DNA from: Macrostomum lignano | Taxonomy: Eukaryota | Assembly: GCA_002269645.1 (NCBI GenBank) | Contig: NIVC01003818.1 | Span: 1 to 41,656 of the forward strand | Direction of reading: 5' to 3' | DNA length: 41,656 bases | Shown here: positions 9,947 to 21,672 of the stretch, in pieces | Numbering within the stretch: the stretch's first letter is position 1 | Layout: every line of letters starts with the position of its first letter | The notes under the pieces: generated by a model | Databases searched by the model: none | Told to the model about the DNA's origin: nothing | The model's input: only the letters and a program-made list of their open reading frames with translations | Position numbers and translations under genes: made by a program

Positions 9947-10149
9947 CTGCGTGAGTTTTCATCGAATATCACTGAGTCCGAGAACCCGGGAGGATTTTCT
10001 CTTTCTTCACGATTTCATATCAGACCAATTCAACATCATGGAGTCGGGAAATCTGTGATGCGCCCAGCTACGGGCTCGCACCTACATTTAAAACGCGTTT
10101 TTATGTTTTTTAGAACGAGAGAACACAGTCCCAATCTCCGATAGTTTTA

Positions 10150-10731
<582 letters not shown>

Positions 10732-12398
10732 CTAGATTAAATAATTGGGTTTTATATGCTTTAAAATAAAATACTCATAAATTTATAGAAATTTACTTTT
10801 TGTAGAATATAGGATAGGAAATGGATACCGCAAAAATATAATAATAACTTATTTTAGCAGATTCACTATTTTTGCAGTTTTTAAAACTGCTTAACTTTAT
10901 TTCGTTGTCATGTCTGTCAGGCAAGAAAATAAAAGAGAAAGAAGGATAACAGCGTAACAGTTGTTAGTTTTTTAACAATGAAAGTCGACCAAATGCAAGA
11001 TTCACAGTTCACTAATTCGTGCCCCGCGAAAATTTTGGGTTGCTTTTATTGTTGTAACCTTTGACATTCGCTAGAATATTGAAGCGAAAAAACCCTAAAG
11101 TTTAAATATGTTGTCTATAATCACCAGGGAAAATAATATGAACACTCATAACTACATGTATAGTTATTTACTTTATTTATTTATTATAAACCCGTGTATA
11201 CACTAAAAATAAATAAACGTATGAGTCTTTGAACATATTTAGATAAACATATGCTTCTTTTCTTTTTACTGATTAAAAATATTTATGAAAAAAGATAACT
11301 ATACCATATAAGTATATGTATAAGTAAGTATTAAGTAGTAAGTAAGTATAAGTATAAGTAGCAAACCTTCTTTTTCTCAATCGTTGATTTGTCTCCGATA
11401 AATGACACATTTTCTTCTGAACTGTCAGACTTGACAGAATGTTTGTCATCTCTTTCCATTGAATGCAATATAAAAATATATTCTTATATATTATGTCGTT
11501 ATATGTATTATAATATGATTGTGTATAGCAAAAGCCAGAGTACGAACTAAGTTTTTGACACAGAATGACAATACTACACAATAGTGAACTAGTTGTTCAA
11601 AAGGCAAGCTCGAAAGAACTAAAAATGGTATACATGTAAAAGGTATTTCAGTAAAAAATTAAATACTATACTCGTAACCAGTTTAAACATATTATGTGAC
11701 TCAATCTACAGGTTACACATTTTAATTAACAAATGAGTAGCATTTGGTGAAATCCTTTGGCATTAATCATAGTATTAGGACTATAGTTTTTTATTTCTGA
11801 TGCCGGCTGTGCACTGTAATTTTATGTTTTTGTTAAAACTACAAAAAGCCGTGACAATTTTTACGAAGTTATGCATTTTATATACCAGAGCGTGCTAAAG
11901 ATATGTGGTCGCAACCTATGTCTATGGCCAACTCAAACGCCATATATCATTTATATTTATGCCTCTCTTTGAAAACAAGAGGTGAGTAAAACCAGCAGAA
12001 TCAATTTCCAGAATAACAGAATAAAACGAAACGTGTGCAAATGCGTGTACATGAATAACTCGCATTTGTGCTTACAGTAGAGCAGCATACTAATCACACG
12101 CAAAAATACAACAGTAAAATTTGTGTGAAGAAAAACATGCAAATTATTATTATTAATTAGAATATCAATGACAGTACGTGTCTGTACGTCAGATTCTCAT
12201 TTCCCCGGGCCGCATATACACGTAAATGTACATTTACGCTCGTAGAGTAAGGACTCAAACACATATTTACTCGTCTATAATTTTCACTAGATTGTCAAGT
12301 ATTAAGGGCGTTATCATCTACTGACTATAGTAATTTAAAATGAACATAAACCTACATGTACATGAATGCTTCTACCAGCCCATCCTTCAATTCACCTC

Positions 12399-12864
12399 AA
12401 CAACAACAACAACAACAGAATACGCAGTTAGCGTCACAGGGCGCGCCTCAAGGCCAGATCACGAATAAACGCCACGCCGCCGGCCGAATCCGGGGCGCCG
12501 GCGTCAGCCAGCAGGCAGTCGACGAAACGCCGAGTGCGCGCCTGCCCCTGCCGGTAGGGTGCCTGCAACGCTAGCAGCAGCACCTCCTGCACCGGCTCTG
12601 GGCAGTGCGACTCGGCGCCGATGATGTGGCCTGCCAGCTAGAGTCGCCGACGGCGCAACAGGTCGCTTGGACGGACCAGGCCGGCGCGGTGATACAAAGC
12701 CGCGTCGGTCACTCGCTCGTAGCCGATCTTGAAGGAGGCGCGCAGCAGGCTAGCGTGCGCCACGTCAACTTGTTGCTCGAGCGACTCCGTCAGCGTCCAG
12801 GTCTCGGCGTTGTACAGCAGGACGGTCTCGATCACCGCCTGGAACAACGCCGCCCTCTGACGCT
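12399..12864 (-). mobile_element. RTE-type LINE, 3' portion with (TTG)n tail
   Basis: RQRAALFQAVIETVLLYNAETWTLT...RRRRL*LAGHI is a typical post-RT C-terminus of RTE-like LINEs, with an in-frame stop. The (CAA)n run at about 12398-12418 on + is the tail; TCACCTC at 12392-12398 is a TSD candidate. Confidence 0.8.
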
Positions 12865-13006
12865 TGTTGTGTGTTTGAATGTATTAGGAGTATTCGCGCT
12901 TGGCGAGACTGTGGGCGCAGCCACACACCCTTTACAAGTATATTTGAGTTTGTCCATAGACAATAATTTATGCATGAATAAGAAACTAAAGCGGCTGGCT
13001 GCAACA
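12865..13006 (-). mobile_element. 3' LTR of a Ty3/Gypsy (Mag-like) element, preceded by a polypurine tract
   Basis: TG...CA termini (142 bp). It matches 17306-17494 apart from 2 substitutions and a 47-bp indel. PPT GAAAAAAAGGGGGA lies immediately upstream on the minus strand (13007-13020). Confidence 0.92.
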
Positions 13007-13076
13007 TCCCCCTTTTTTTCAAAAGAACATTGTTCGTTAATTGCATAGTTTGTTCATAAACAAAAAAAATTCATCA

Positions 13077-16000
13077 TTAAACAGCTTGATAGAATCTCGT
13101 CTGTTTGACAGTACGACCCGATCGTGTCACATATGGCGCATTTGTGTCAGCATTGGTCGTTTGTCGGTTAGCATCTTCAGCAGGATTACTTGTTGTTGGA
13201 TGCTCATGAGTTGGCTGAATTCCGGATGATGCAGTTGAATCTTTCAGATGACTCTCTGAGATATCTACTGGTCGCTGTAGCGCTAGATGTTTCGGTATTG
13301 CAGACAGTCTGGAGTTCGCAACTCTGGGTGCTAAAAATCGTCGGTTCCTTCTGTAGCATTTACCATCAGCAGTTTGCACTTGGTACGATCGTTCTGGATC
13401 CGTATGATCCCGCGATCGAATTTCTGCTGGAATCCACTGTCTCTTGTCCTCGTACAACCAGACTTGCTCTCCAGTCTCCAGTGGCTTCAAATCCCTAGCT
13501 GTACTGTTGTAGCGAATCGCGTCCTTCCTTCGCATGGCGTTCAGTGTTTCCAAATCATTCTTCGTCCATGTTCGTTTTGGTATCAATTCCATTATTGGTA
13601 CAGGTAGTTCGTACCTCAATTTCCTTCCCATCAGTAGCTCTGCTGGGGTCGGTAACCCACGCTCAATCGGAGTATTACGGTAGTGAAGCATTGCTTTTTC
13701 AAAGTCTTCATTCTTTCTCAAGAAGCATTTCACTGTTTGCACAGCTCGCTCCGCTAATCCATTGGACTGTGGATATCTTGGTGATGATGTTACAAGCGCT
13801 ATCCCGCTTGATTTAGCATATAATTGGAATGCGTTGGACGAGAATGGCGGTCCGTTGTCACATCGCAACTTCTCAGGTGTTCCGAATGTGGAGAAATATT
13901 TCTTTAATTGCAGGATAACAAACTCAGCTGTATTTGATCTTAATGGATCTGCACAGATCCATCGGCTGTATCTGTCCACTAAAACTATGAATTTTCGACC
14001 TTTAAAATCGAACAGGTCAGTCGCGCACTCTTGAAATGGATAATCAGGATGCGGACTTTGAATGATTGTTTCTTTCTGTGGTCGGGATTGGCTGCTTTGG
14101 CAGGCATCGCATGCTGTTATGTAGTTCTGGATGTCCCGACGCATCTGAGGCCAGTATACCGATCCTCTTGCCTTTAGCAGTGTTTTTTCAATGCCTTGAT
14201 GTCCTTCATGAATGATGTTCAAGAATTCGTGGCGCATGGTCAGTGGTATAAATATCTTGCTGGTTTTCATAATTAATCTGTCGTGCTCGGCTAAATCGTG
14301 ACGAACATTCCAGAAAGGCTTTAGTTGTTCTGGCAATTGGTTTCTGAGTTCCGGCCAACCCTCGCGAATGCGATTCTTGATCGCATGGCAAGTTGAATCT
14401 GCATATGTGTTCCTGGATCTTCTTAAGTAGGTCTTCCGGTAGACAAACCTTTTGGATACCCAAGATTTGATTCTCAAGCTCAGAGTCTATGTCATTCGCC
14501 GAATGCACGGATTGCAAGAAAGCACGGCTTAATGTATCAGCCAAATAAAGATATCTTCCCGGTTTGTATTGCACGTCTAAGTCGAATTCTTGGATCTTGA
14601 GTATCAGACGTTGAATTCTAGCCGATAGTTCATCCATTGGCTTCTTCATAATATACTGCAGCGGTTTGTGGTCAGACTCGACGGAGACTCTACGTCCCCA
14701 GAGATACTGTCTGAACCTTCGACAGCCAAATACTATCGCAAGCATTTCCTTCTCTATCTGGGCATATTTCTTTTGAGCGGATGTTAGAGCTGATGATGCA
14801 TACTCAATGACATGTCCTTCCTGCAATGGTGCTGCTCCCAAGCCATCTTTGCTGGCGTCGACAGATAAAATTAGGTCTTTATTCGGGTCAAATGGCGCAA
14901 GCACAGGTGCTTCGCAGAGGCACTGCTTGATTCCTTGATACGCCTTTTCTTAATTGTTGGTCCACACCCATTCGGATTCTTTCTTCATGAGTTCTCTCAA
15001 AGGACTTGTCAGTGCAGAAAAGTTTGCTATGAATCTTGACAAGTAATTTGCACTGCCAATAAACCGTTGGAGCTGCGCTTGCTTTTCAGCACGCTGTTCA
15101 AAACTGTTTGGGTGCGGCATTTCTTTGATGCTGTTTACTTTTTGTGGATCTACTTTCACACCTTTGTCAGTTAGTATGTGTCCAAGAAATTGAAGCTCGG
15201 TTTTGCCAATGGTCGTCTTTTGCCTGTTCAGAGTCAGGTTCTTTTTCCTGCATTGCTCCAAAAGATTTCGAACTGCTTGGTCGTGCTCTTCCCGAGTCTT
15301 TCCCCATACTATGATGTCATCGATGTAGTTAGCAGATTTTTCTACCTGACTTGTCACTTCTTCTTTGATGCGCCTTTGGTAAGCTTCAGGTGCATCCTTT
15401 AGACCAAAAGCTAGTCGATTCCATTTGTAAACACCAAACGGAGTGTGAAATGCAGTAAGAAGTGAACTTTCTTGATCCAACTGAACTTGATGGAAGCCAG
15501 ACTTAGCATCAAATGTTGAGAAGTATTTTGCTCCTGTCATCTCGCTAATCATCTCGTCATAAGTTGGAATGGGGTATCGATTTCTGACAATATCATCATT
15601 TAGATTCTTTGGATCTAAGCACAGTCTAATCGAGTTATCCTTCTTCCAGACGATAACAACATTGGACACCCAATCTGCCGGCTGGTCGCATTTCGTTATT
15701 ATTCCTTGGCTCTGCAAACGGTCAAGCTCTTCACGCAGGGCCTTCATAGCCGCAAATGGGACTTTCCTTGGGCCTTGGACTTACGGTATTGCACCTTCTC
15801 TCAATGAAATGTGATGCGCTCCAGGCAGACATCCAATTCCTTCGAACACATCGCTGTATTCCTTAAAGATCTTTGATTCCGTCAGCACTTCTTTATCTGT
15901 AGTCTTTTTTACGTTGAGGATTTGAATCAGGCCTAATTTCTCAGCTGTGCCGGTCGCTAATAGAGGTGTATTGTCTTCCTCAATGATGGTGAATTCTACT

Positions 16001-16086
16001 GTATGCACGGCGTCTTTGTGCGAGAGTCGCAATTTAATCTTGCCCTTCACATTAAGCGTCTGATTGTTATACACTGATAGTCTGGT
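13077..16086 (-). pseudogene. pol: Ty3/Gypsy pol (protease C-half, RT, RNase H, integrase), disrupted
   Basis: RT (FDAKSGFHQ, YIDDIIVWG), RNase H (VDASKDGLGA, YAQIEKEMLA, SDHKPL) and integrase (HEGHQG..CDAC, ATDLF, DNGPPF, SNGLAERAVQ). In-frame stops at 15781 and 14950, and a frameshift near 14410. Confidence 0.95.
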
Positions 16087-17150
16087 TGATGTGTTCCTTA
16101 TTACCCGACTTCGGTAATCAAAGAACAATCACTTCTAGCTCTTTAGCTAGGCAACCCAGTAATCAAATGAAGGTATTCAATTACCTTTAATCCGGATTCT
16201 TAGATTTCGTTCTTGAGTCGTTCTCAACTGTAGATCTCTCAGTAGATCTCGTAGACTTCTAGACGTCTTCAGGTGTCAATCGGGTCCGAGTTTCCTTCTT
16301 CTCTCTTTTAGAAGTATTTCCGGCCGGAATCTGTCGTTCGGACCAATAGGAAGCTTCCAAATTAACAATGGGTACCCTGCGCCAAACTGCGGTCTTAATT
16401 AAGCCTCCTTCTTCTAGCAGTGCCTCTATGCACTCTAGGAATAGCTCCGGAAACCACTGATAGTCTTCTAAGATCTATCAGGGGCAGTCCTTCTGGAGAC
16501 TGCAACCAGTAGAGTCTAAACAGACTCAAGAGTCTCAACAGACTCAAACTAAACTCAAGTCACACTGGACTTGAGCGAGACGTCTCTAACAACAACAGGC
16601 GCAAATAAGGAAGGCTTTCCGCAACAACCGACCGAGTATTGGTCCAGGAAGTCCGACTGTGGCTTCCTCTTCGGAGCTCTTCTCCTTCCGGAGGAATTGT
16701 GGCTCCGGGTCCGTTCCGGACCACTTGTATTTATAGGCGTTCAGACCTCTCTCGAGGTCGTACATCACTGTCTTCGCAAATGTCAAAGGGTCACGATTCG
16801 GTGGCTGTCAAGCATGACAGGGTAGAAAGTTGCGCAACTAGTCTACTGTAAAAGCGCATGATTGGTTACCGTAGCTGGTAGACTTTGATTGGTTCATCCG
16901 GGTGCAACCCGAGTGCAAACCAAATGATGACTTGAAGGTGGGGTTTGAATTGACAGTTGTTGGTCGCACGTGATTGGGTGATTTCTAAAATTAGCATGCT
17001 CGAGGTCTCTCTCTTCCTATTGGTTAGTCCGAATATACTTATAGTTCAAAGCATACCTTTATTCATGCTCTTCAATTTACTACTAAATAAAATGTGTGAG
17101 TAGTACATTAACACTTTTATGTCTTCTTACGGGAGGTAGAACACTCTACA
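16087..17150 (-). mobile_element. Solo LTR of a second family (copy 1, 1064 bp)
   Basis: TGTAGAG...ACACATCA termini; inverted copy of 18643-19716; 4-bp flanks ACCA and GCTA. Confidence 0.85.
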
Positions 17151-17305
17151 TAGCCTGTCCATCAGAGCCGAGGCGCTGATGGACAGGCGACGGAGCTCCC
17201 GCGTTGTCAGCAGTTCGTCTACCTCGGCGGTCTGGTTCCCGGCGTCCGCGAGGATTTGCGGCGTCGCTGCGGGCTTGCCTGGGCTGCCTTTCATTCTGTG
17301 AGCGC
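17151..17305 (+). mobile_element. RTE-type LINE, 5' portion (displaced and inverted relative to 12399-12864)
   Basis: Encodes ELPRCQQFVYLGGLVPGVREDLRRRCGLAWAAF, the FxYLG..R...AW segment that normally precedes the LFxAV.E.VLLY segment found at 12399-12864. Confidence 0.78.
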
Positions 17306-17494
17306 TGTGGCAGCCAGCCGCTTTAGTTTCTTATTCATGCATAAATCTTATATACTAAAGTTGAGTTTGTTTGTTTGTTTGTTTGCTTGTAATTATTGTC
17401 TATGGACAAACTCAAATATACTTGTAAAGGGCGTGTGGCTGCGCCCACAGTCTCGCCAAGCGCGAATACTCCTAATACATTCAAACACACAACA
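17306..17494 (+). mobile_element. 5' LTR of the Ty3/Gypsy element
   Basis: TG...CA termini, 189 bp, near-identical to 12865-13006 (reverse complement), immediately followed by a PBS. Confidence 0.92.
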
Positions 17495-17507
17495 TGGTGT
17501 CAGAGGT
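17495..17507 (+). promoter_or_regulatory. Primer-binding site (TGGTGTCAGAGGT)
   Basis: A TGG-initiated tract abutting the LTR end; resembles the TGGTGTCAG(A) PBS class of Gypsy elements. Confidence 0.75.
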
Positions 17508-17565
17508 AAAAGACTCCAATTAGATAATTGCTTTGTGCGTCGTTTTTGGTGGCAACTACAGCGGC

Positions 17566-18642
17566 ATGTCCGACGCAGCTGGACTGCGACCTCCAGGGCC
17601 CATGGTATTCGATGAGGCCAAGTCAGAACGCTGGAGAAAATGGATCGGCGCATTCAATTTATACATGACCGCCACAAAGCGCGACAAGGACACTGACAGC
17701 ATGAAGAATGCGATTTTGCTGACCGCCATCGGTGAAGAAGGCAGGGACATATTCGAGACATTCGAACTCTCTACTGACTCTGCTCACAAAGACATCATCG
17801 ACAAATTCGAGAAATTCTGCATTCCTCTGGACCGCGAAACATTTGATCGCTACAAGTTTAGAATGCGTAAGCAGGAGCAGTATGAAGATTTTGATCACTT
17901 CATAAATGAGCTACGATTGTTAATAAAGCGATGCAGTTTTTCAAAGCCTAAAAATGGGCAATGCATTGACGATGCCATGCTTCGAGATCAGATAGTATAT
18001 GGGGTTCATAATTCAGCACTCCGTGAACGGCTCCTTGAGGAAGAGAAGCTGACACTGGAAAAGGCTATTGTTCTGTGCCGTGCCACCGAAGCTTCAAAGA
18101 TGCAAGCCAGGCAGATGACAGGTATAAAGATGAAAACAGAAACTCTGTCAGTCGAATTGTAAAAGACCCTGATCACAAGTTGCAGCAATCAACCAGAGCC
18201 AAGTCCAAGTCTATCACACGAAAGGCTCCTACAGGACAACAGGCATGCAGATACTGCGGCAAGAACCACAAATTTGGTCACACCAACTGCAGTGCCTATG
18301 GCAAGACCTGCTTGAACTGTGGACAAAAGAACCATTTTAAGGCCATGTGCCGGAAAGAGAAAACAAAACAATCAAAACAGATTCGTACAGTTGAAGATGA
18401 GCTTACTGACGTGACTGAAACATCGAATTCTTACCAAGCTGCTGCATGGGATGTAAGTAAATATTCTATGAATTATTATAATGGAAATGAAGTGAAAGCC
18501 GTTTCAAAAACAGTTGTGTCGCTAGACACTGAGTTTGGACACATCGTCAACTACAAAATTGATACCGGCGCTGATGTGAATATTATGTCCGAGAAACGCT
18601 TAAGAACAATCACAGACAACCCATTAGAAAAAGACCACACCA
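17566..18642 (+). pseudogene. gag: Ty3/Gypsy gag plus protease N-half (Mag-like), frameshifted and cut by a solo LTR
   Basis: Capsid-like MSDAAGLRPP..W..W...F..Y and LRDQIVYG..LRERLL; two Cys/His knuckles (CRYCGKNH..C, CLNCGQKNHFKAMC); protease IDTGADVN. Frameshift near 18125-18130. Confidence 0.92.
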
Positions 18643-19716
18643 TGTAGAGTGTTCTACCTCCCGTAAGAAGACATAAAAGTGTTAATGTACTACTCACACA
18701 TTTTATTTAGTAGTAAATTGAAGAGCATGAATAAAGGTATGCTTTGAACTATAAGTATATTCGGACTAACCAATAGGAAGAGAGAGACCTCGAGCATGCT
18801 AATTTTAGAAATCACCCAATCACGTGCGACCAACAACTGTCAATTCAAACCCCACCTTCAAGTCATCATTTGGTTTGCACTCGGGTTGCACCCGGATGAA
18901 CCAATCAAAGTCTACCAGCTACGGTAACCAATCATGCGCTTTTACAGTAGACTAGTTGCGCAACTTTCTACCCTGTCATGCTTGACAGCCACCGAATCGT
19001 GACCCTTTGACATTTGCGAAGACAGTGATGTACGACCTCGAGAGAGGTCTGAACGCCTATAAATACAAGTGGTCCGGAACGGACCCGGAGCCACAATTCC
19101 TCCGGAAGGAGAAGAGCTCCGAAGAGGAAGCCACAGTCGGACTTCCTGGACCAATACTCGGTCGGTTGTTGCGGAAAGCCTTCCTTATTTGCGCCTGTTG
19201 TTGTTAGAGACGTCTCGCTCAAGTCCAGTGTGACTTGAGTTTAGTTTGAGTCTGTTGAGACTCTTGAGTCTGTTTAGACTCTACTGGTTGCAGTCTCCAG
19301 AAGGACTGCCCCTGATAGATCTTAGAAGACTATCAGTGGTTTCCGGAGCTATTCCTAGAGTGCATAGAGGCACTGCTAGAAGAAGGAGGCTTAATTAAGA
19401 CCGCAGTTTGGCGCAGGGTACCCATTGTTAATTTGGAAGCTTCCGATTGGTCCGAACTACAGATTACCGGCCGGCAAGAAGTCAAGGAGACAACTGCAAG
19501 AGCGGACCAGATCAACTGTTGACCGGCGCCCGGAATTCCTGAAGGACAGACGCTACTGATAGCGAGATCCACGAACAAAGAGTATTAACGAGAGCTCTCA
19601 ATTAAGGACTCAAGGTAATTGAATACCTTCTGTTGACATACTGGGTTGCCTAGCTACTGAGCTAGAAGTGATTGTTCCTTGATTACGGTTGAGGACTGGT
19701 AATAAGGAACACATCA
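18643..19716 (+). mobile_element. Solo LTR of a second family (copy 2, 1074 bp) with four CCAAT boxes and a TATA box
   Basis: Same termini as copy 1. CCAAT at 18770, 18816, 18901 and 18928, TATAAATA at 19058; flanked by ACCA (18639-18642) and GCTA (19717-19720). Confidence 0.85.
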
Positions 19717-20136
19717 GCTAGTCTCACCTCGACACTGCTCAGCTTACTTCAACAAATACAAAAAAATCAACATCAACAAAACAAAGCGAGCTCTCAGTCA
19801 AAATGTAAAATTGTCTCAAATGCAAAAAATTCTGTCTGCTCGATCAGACACCCACAATCGTTGAGGGTGATGTTGAAGGTACAGTTTTCGAACAATTGCA
19901 ATTGCCAAGCAAACTGGGTGCTCTCGCCAACTGGATTGCTAATTGCTACGTGTCAGTTCGAAACAGATTGGCACCAGCATCAAATGCTCAAGCAGCCGAT
20001 GCAGTACTGCAAGCGACTGTAGGAACATGTTAGCCAGTAAAGGAACTAAGAAAAGTTACTTTAGAGAAAGTGGAGAAAAATGCAGGCTTTGCCTTTGCAA
20101 GTACACCTTTGCAAGAGTCCTTCGTAGGAATTTATG

Positions 20137-20226
20137 CCATAGACAGTTGCAGCGGACGCGAAATGAAGTCAATCTTATAGAAGCGAAGGTCTTTTTGTCA
20201 TAGACAGTTGCAGCGGACGCGAAATC
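20137..20226 (+). repeat. Pair of CATAGACAGTTGCAGCGGACGCGAAAT motifs 61 bp apart; a related pair lies at 20705-20794
   Basis: Direct repeats visible at 20138/20199, with diverged copies at 20706/20767. Confidence 0.8.
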
Positions 20227-20282
20227 TCATTCCGGGCCCACAGATCCTAAAAACACTGGATGTGCGAACTCAATATATAGAT

Positions 20283-20352
20283 ATATCTATGCTTCCTAGG
20301 GCCGAAACGGCACAAATACGAGGGCCGTCTCGGCCGGAGGAAGCATAGACAT
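20283..20352. other. About 70-nt near-perfect inverted repeat (hairpin)
   Basis: TCTATGCTTCCT (20286-20297) pairs with AGGAAGCATAGA (20338-20349). The inner GGCCGAAACGGC / GCCGTCTCGGCC pair matches at 11 of 12 positions. Confidence 0.8.
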
Positions 20353-21672
20353 ATTTCTATTGTGTCATACTTCGCGGGCCGCATCACTTTATTATAGTTA
20401 GCCTAGGCGTGTTGAAACGGGGAGAAACGCGCAGCATCCCGCCCGCTGCAATAAACTATGGCCAACTTCAATAAGTAAAAAAACTCGTATGCATATAAGT
20501 ATCTAGTTAATGTTTCTACAACTTGTATATTTTAAAAGTGAAGCTTAGTGCTGCTTAATAATTCTTAGCATCAGTTACTATTTTTTCAATTCGCAAAATA
20601 AGGAGTTTTGGCCACAGACATTTTTTTGGATTTCATTATTTCTTTCTTTGTCTTGTGTGCTGGTGGGCTCAGCGCCCCCTTGATCCCGCTTTCCTCTGAC
20701 TTTGCCATAGAAGTTTTCAGCGGGCCGTGAAACCGACTGAATGCATTGGAGTAAATGGGATTTTACCATAGACAGTCTCAGCGGCTCGTGAAACGCGGTT
20801 TCACGCCCACTAACTATAACACTAATATGGATCGGCGTTAAAGCTCGTTTCTGCCCTCTGCAGCCCATCAATATTGGTATATTTTGGCCCGCTCCTAGAT
20901 GCAGGGCTAAGCAAAGTATGCAGTTTTCGATATTCCATCTTTACCATAGACTATAATCCCGGGCCCAATCGTTGATTATGCCCGCAGCGTGGCTGAATGC
21001 AAAAACTGGGGTGGGGGGGCTTCGCCCCCACATTTTAACCATAGATAAAATCAACCAGAGTCTGACTACAGTTAAAGTAGTGGATATCAGAATTCTTTTC
21101 ATTCTGAATTTAACTTCGTTTTTTGTGAACCTACTGAGCTAGAGAGCTACTGAGCACGCGAAGGCGTATTCAGCATGCCAGTGAAGTATGAGACAGACTA
21201 GGCCCATGGGCTAAGGTCTGCGATGCTTCACGCCTGCCCCTATCTTCAGCAGGTCAAGGCTGGTGGGAGGTCTGCACCCTCTATTTGCCTCTGGCAGCCG
21301 CAGACCCCCCCCCCACGCTGTCTCGCAAGTCGACCCAGGGTACTCGTCCCCGCGTGTGTTCAAGGCAGTCCCTAGGGCTGCTGGACAGACTGGGCTCCGG
21401 CGCTGGCGACCCTATCCAGTGGCTTCGGCCGAATTTGGGTATGCGGGTCTGGCTCGCCAACCTGCAGGCCGTGGTACTGCTCAACGTACTCTCTAATGCC
21501 TAAGGTGTTGACCGTGCCGATGGGCTGGAAGGCCGGGGAGTAGTCCGGTCGCAAGCGGTCCCCCTCCTGGTGTCGGGCCAGCCTTGAGGGTGCTATTGGC
21601 CTACTGCCCGGTCAGGTGGAGCGGCCGGGTGGGTACCGCGCCCCTTTGAGGGTAGCCCACCAACCTTTTATC

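Noticed and set aside
11878-11943. Minus-strand mini-ORF MAFELAIDIG..., TOS-like and echoing AIDIG in the S6K exon
   Set aside because: Its available GT donors are phase 1 while the 10731 acceptor needs phase 0; AT-rich codons; probably coincidence.
16571-19222. Identical small ORFs in mirror positions (84, 70 and 66 aa)
   Set aside because: They are incidental ORFs within the two inverted solo LTR copies.
21195-21300. HDV-like ribozyme in the LINE 5' UTR (TTCACG loop-like and GGCTAAG motifs)
   Set aside because: I could not build consistent P1/P3/P1.1 pairings by hand; a descriptor or Infernal search is needed.
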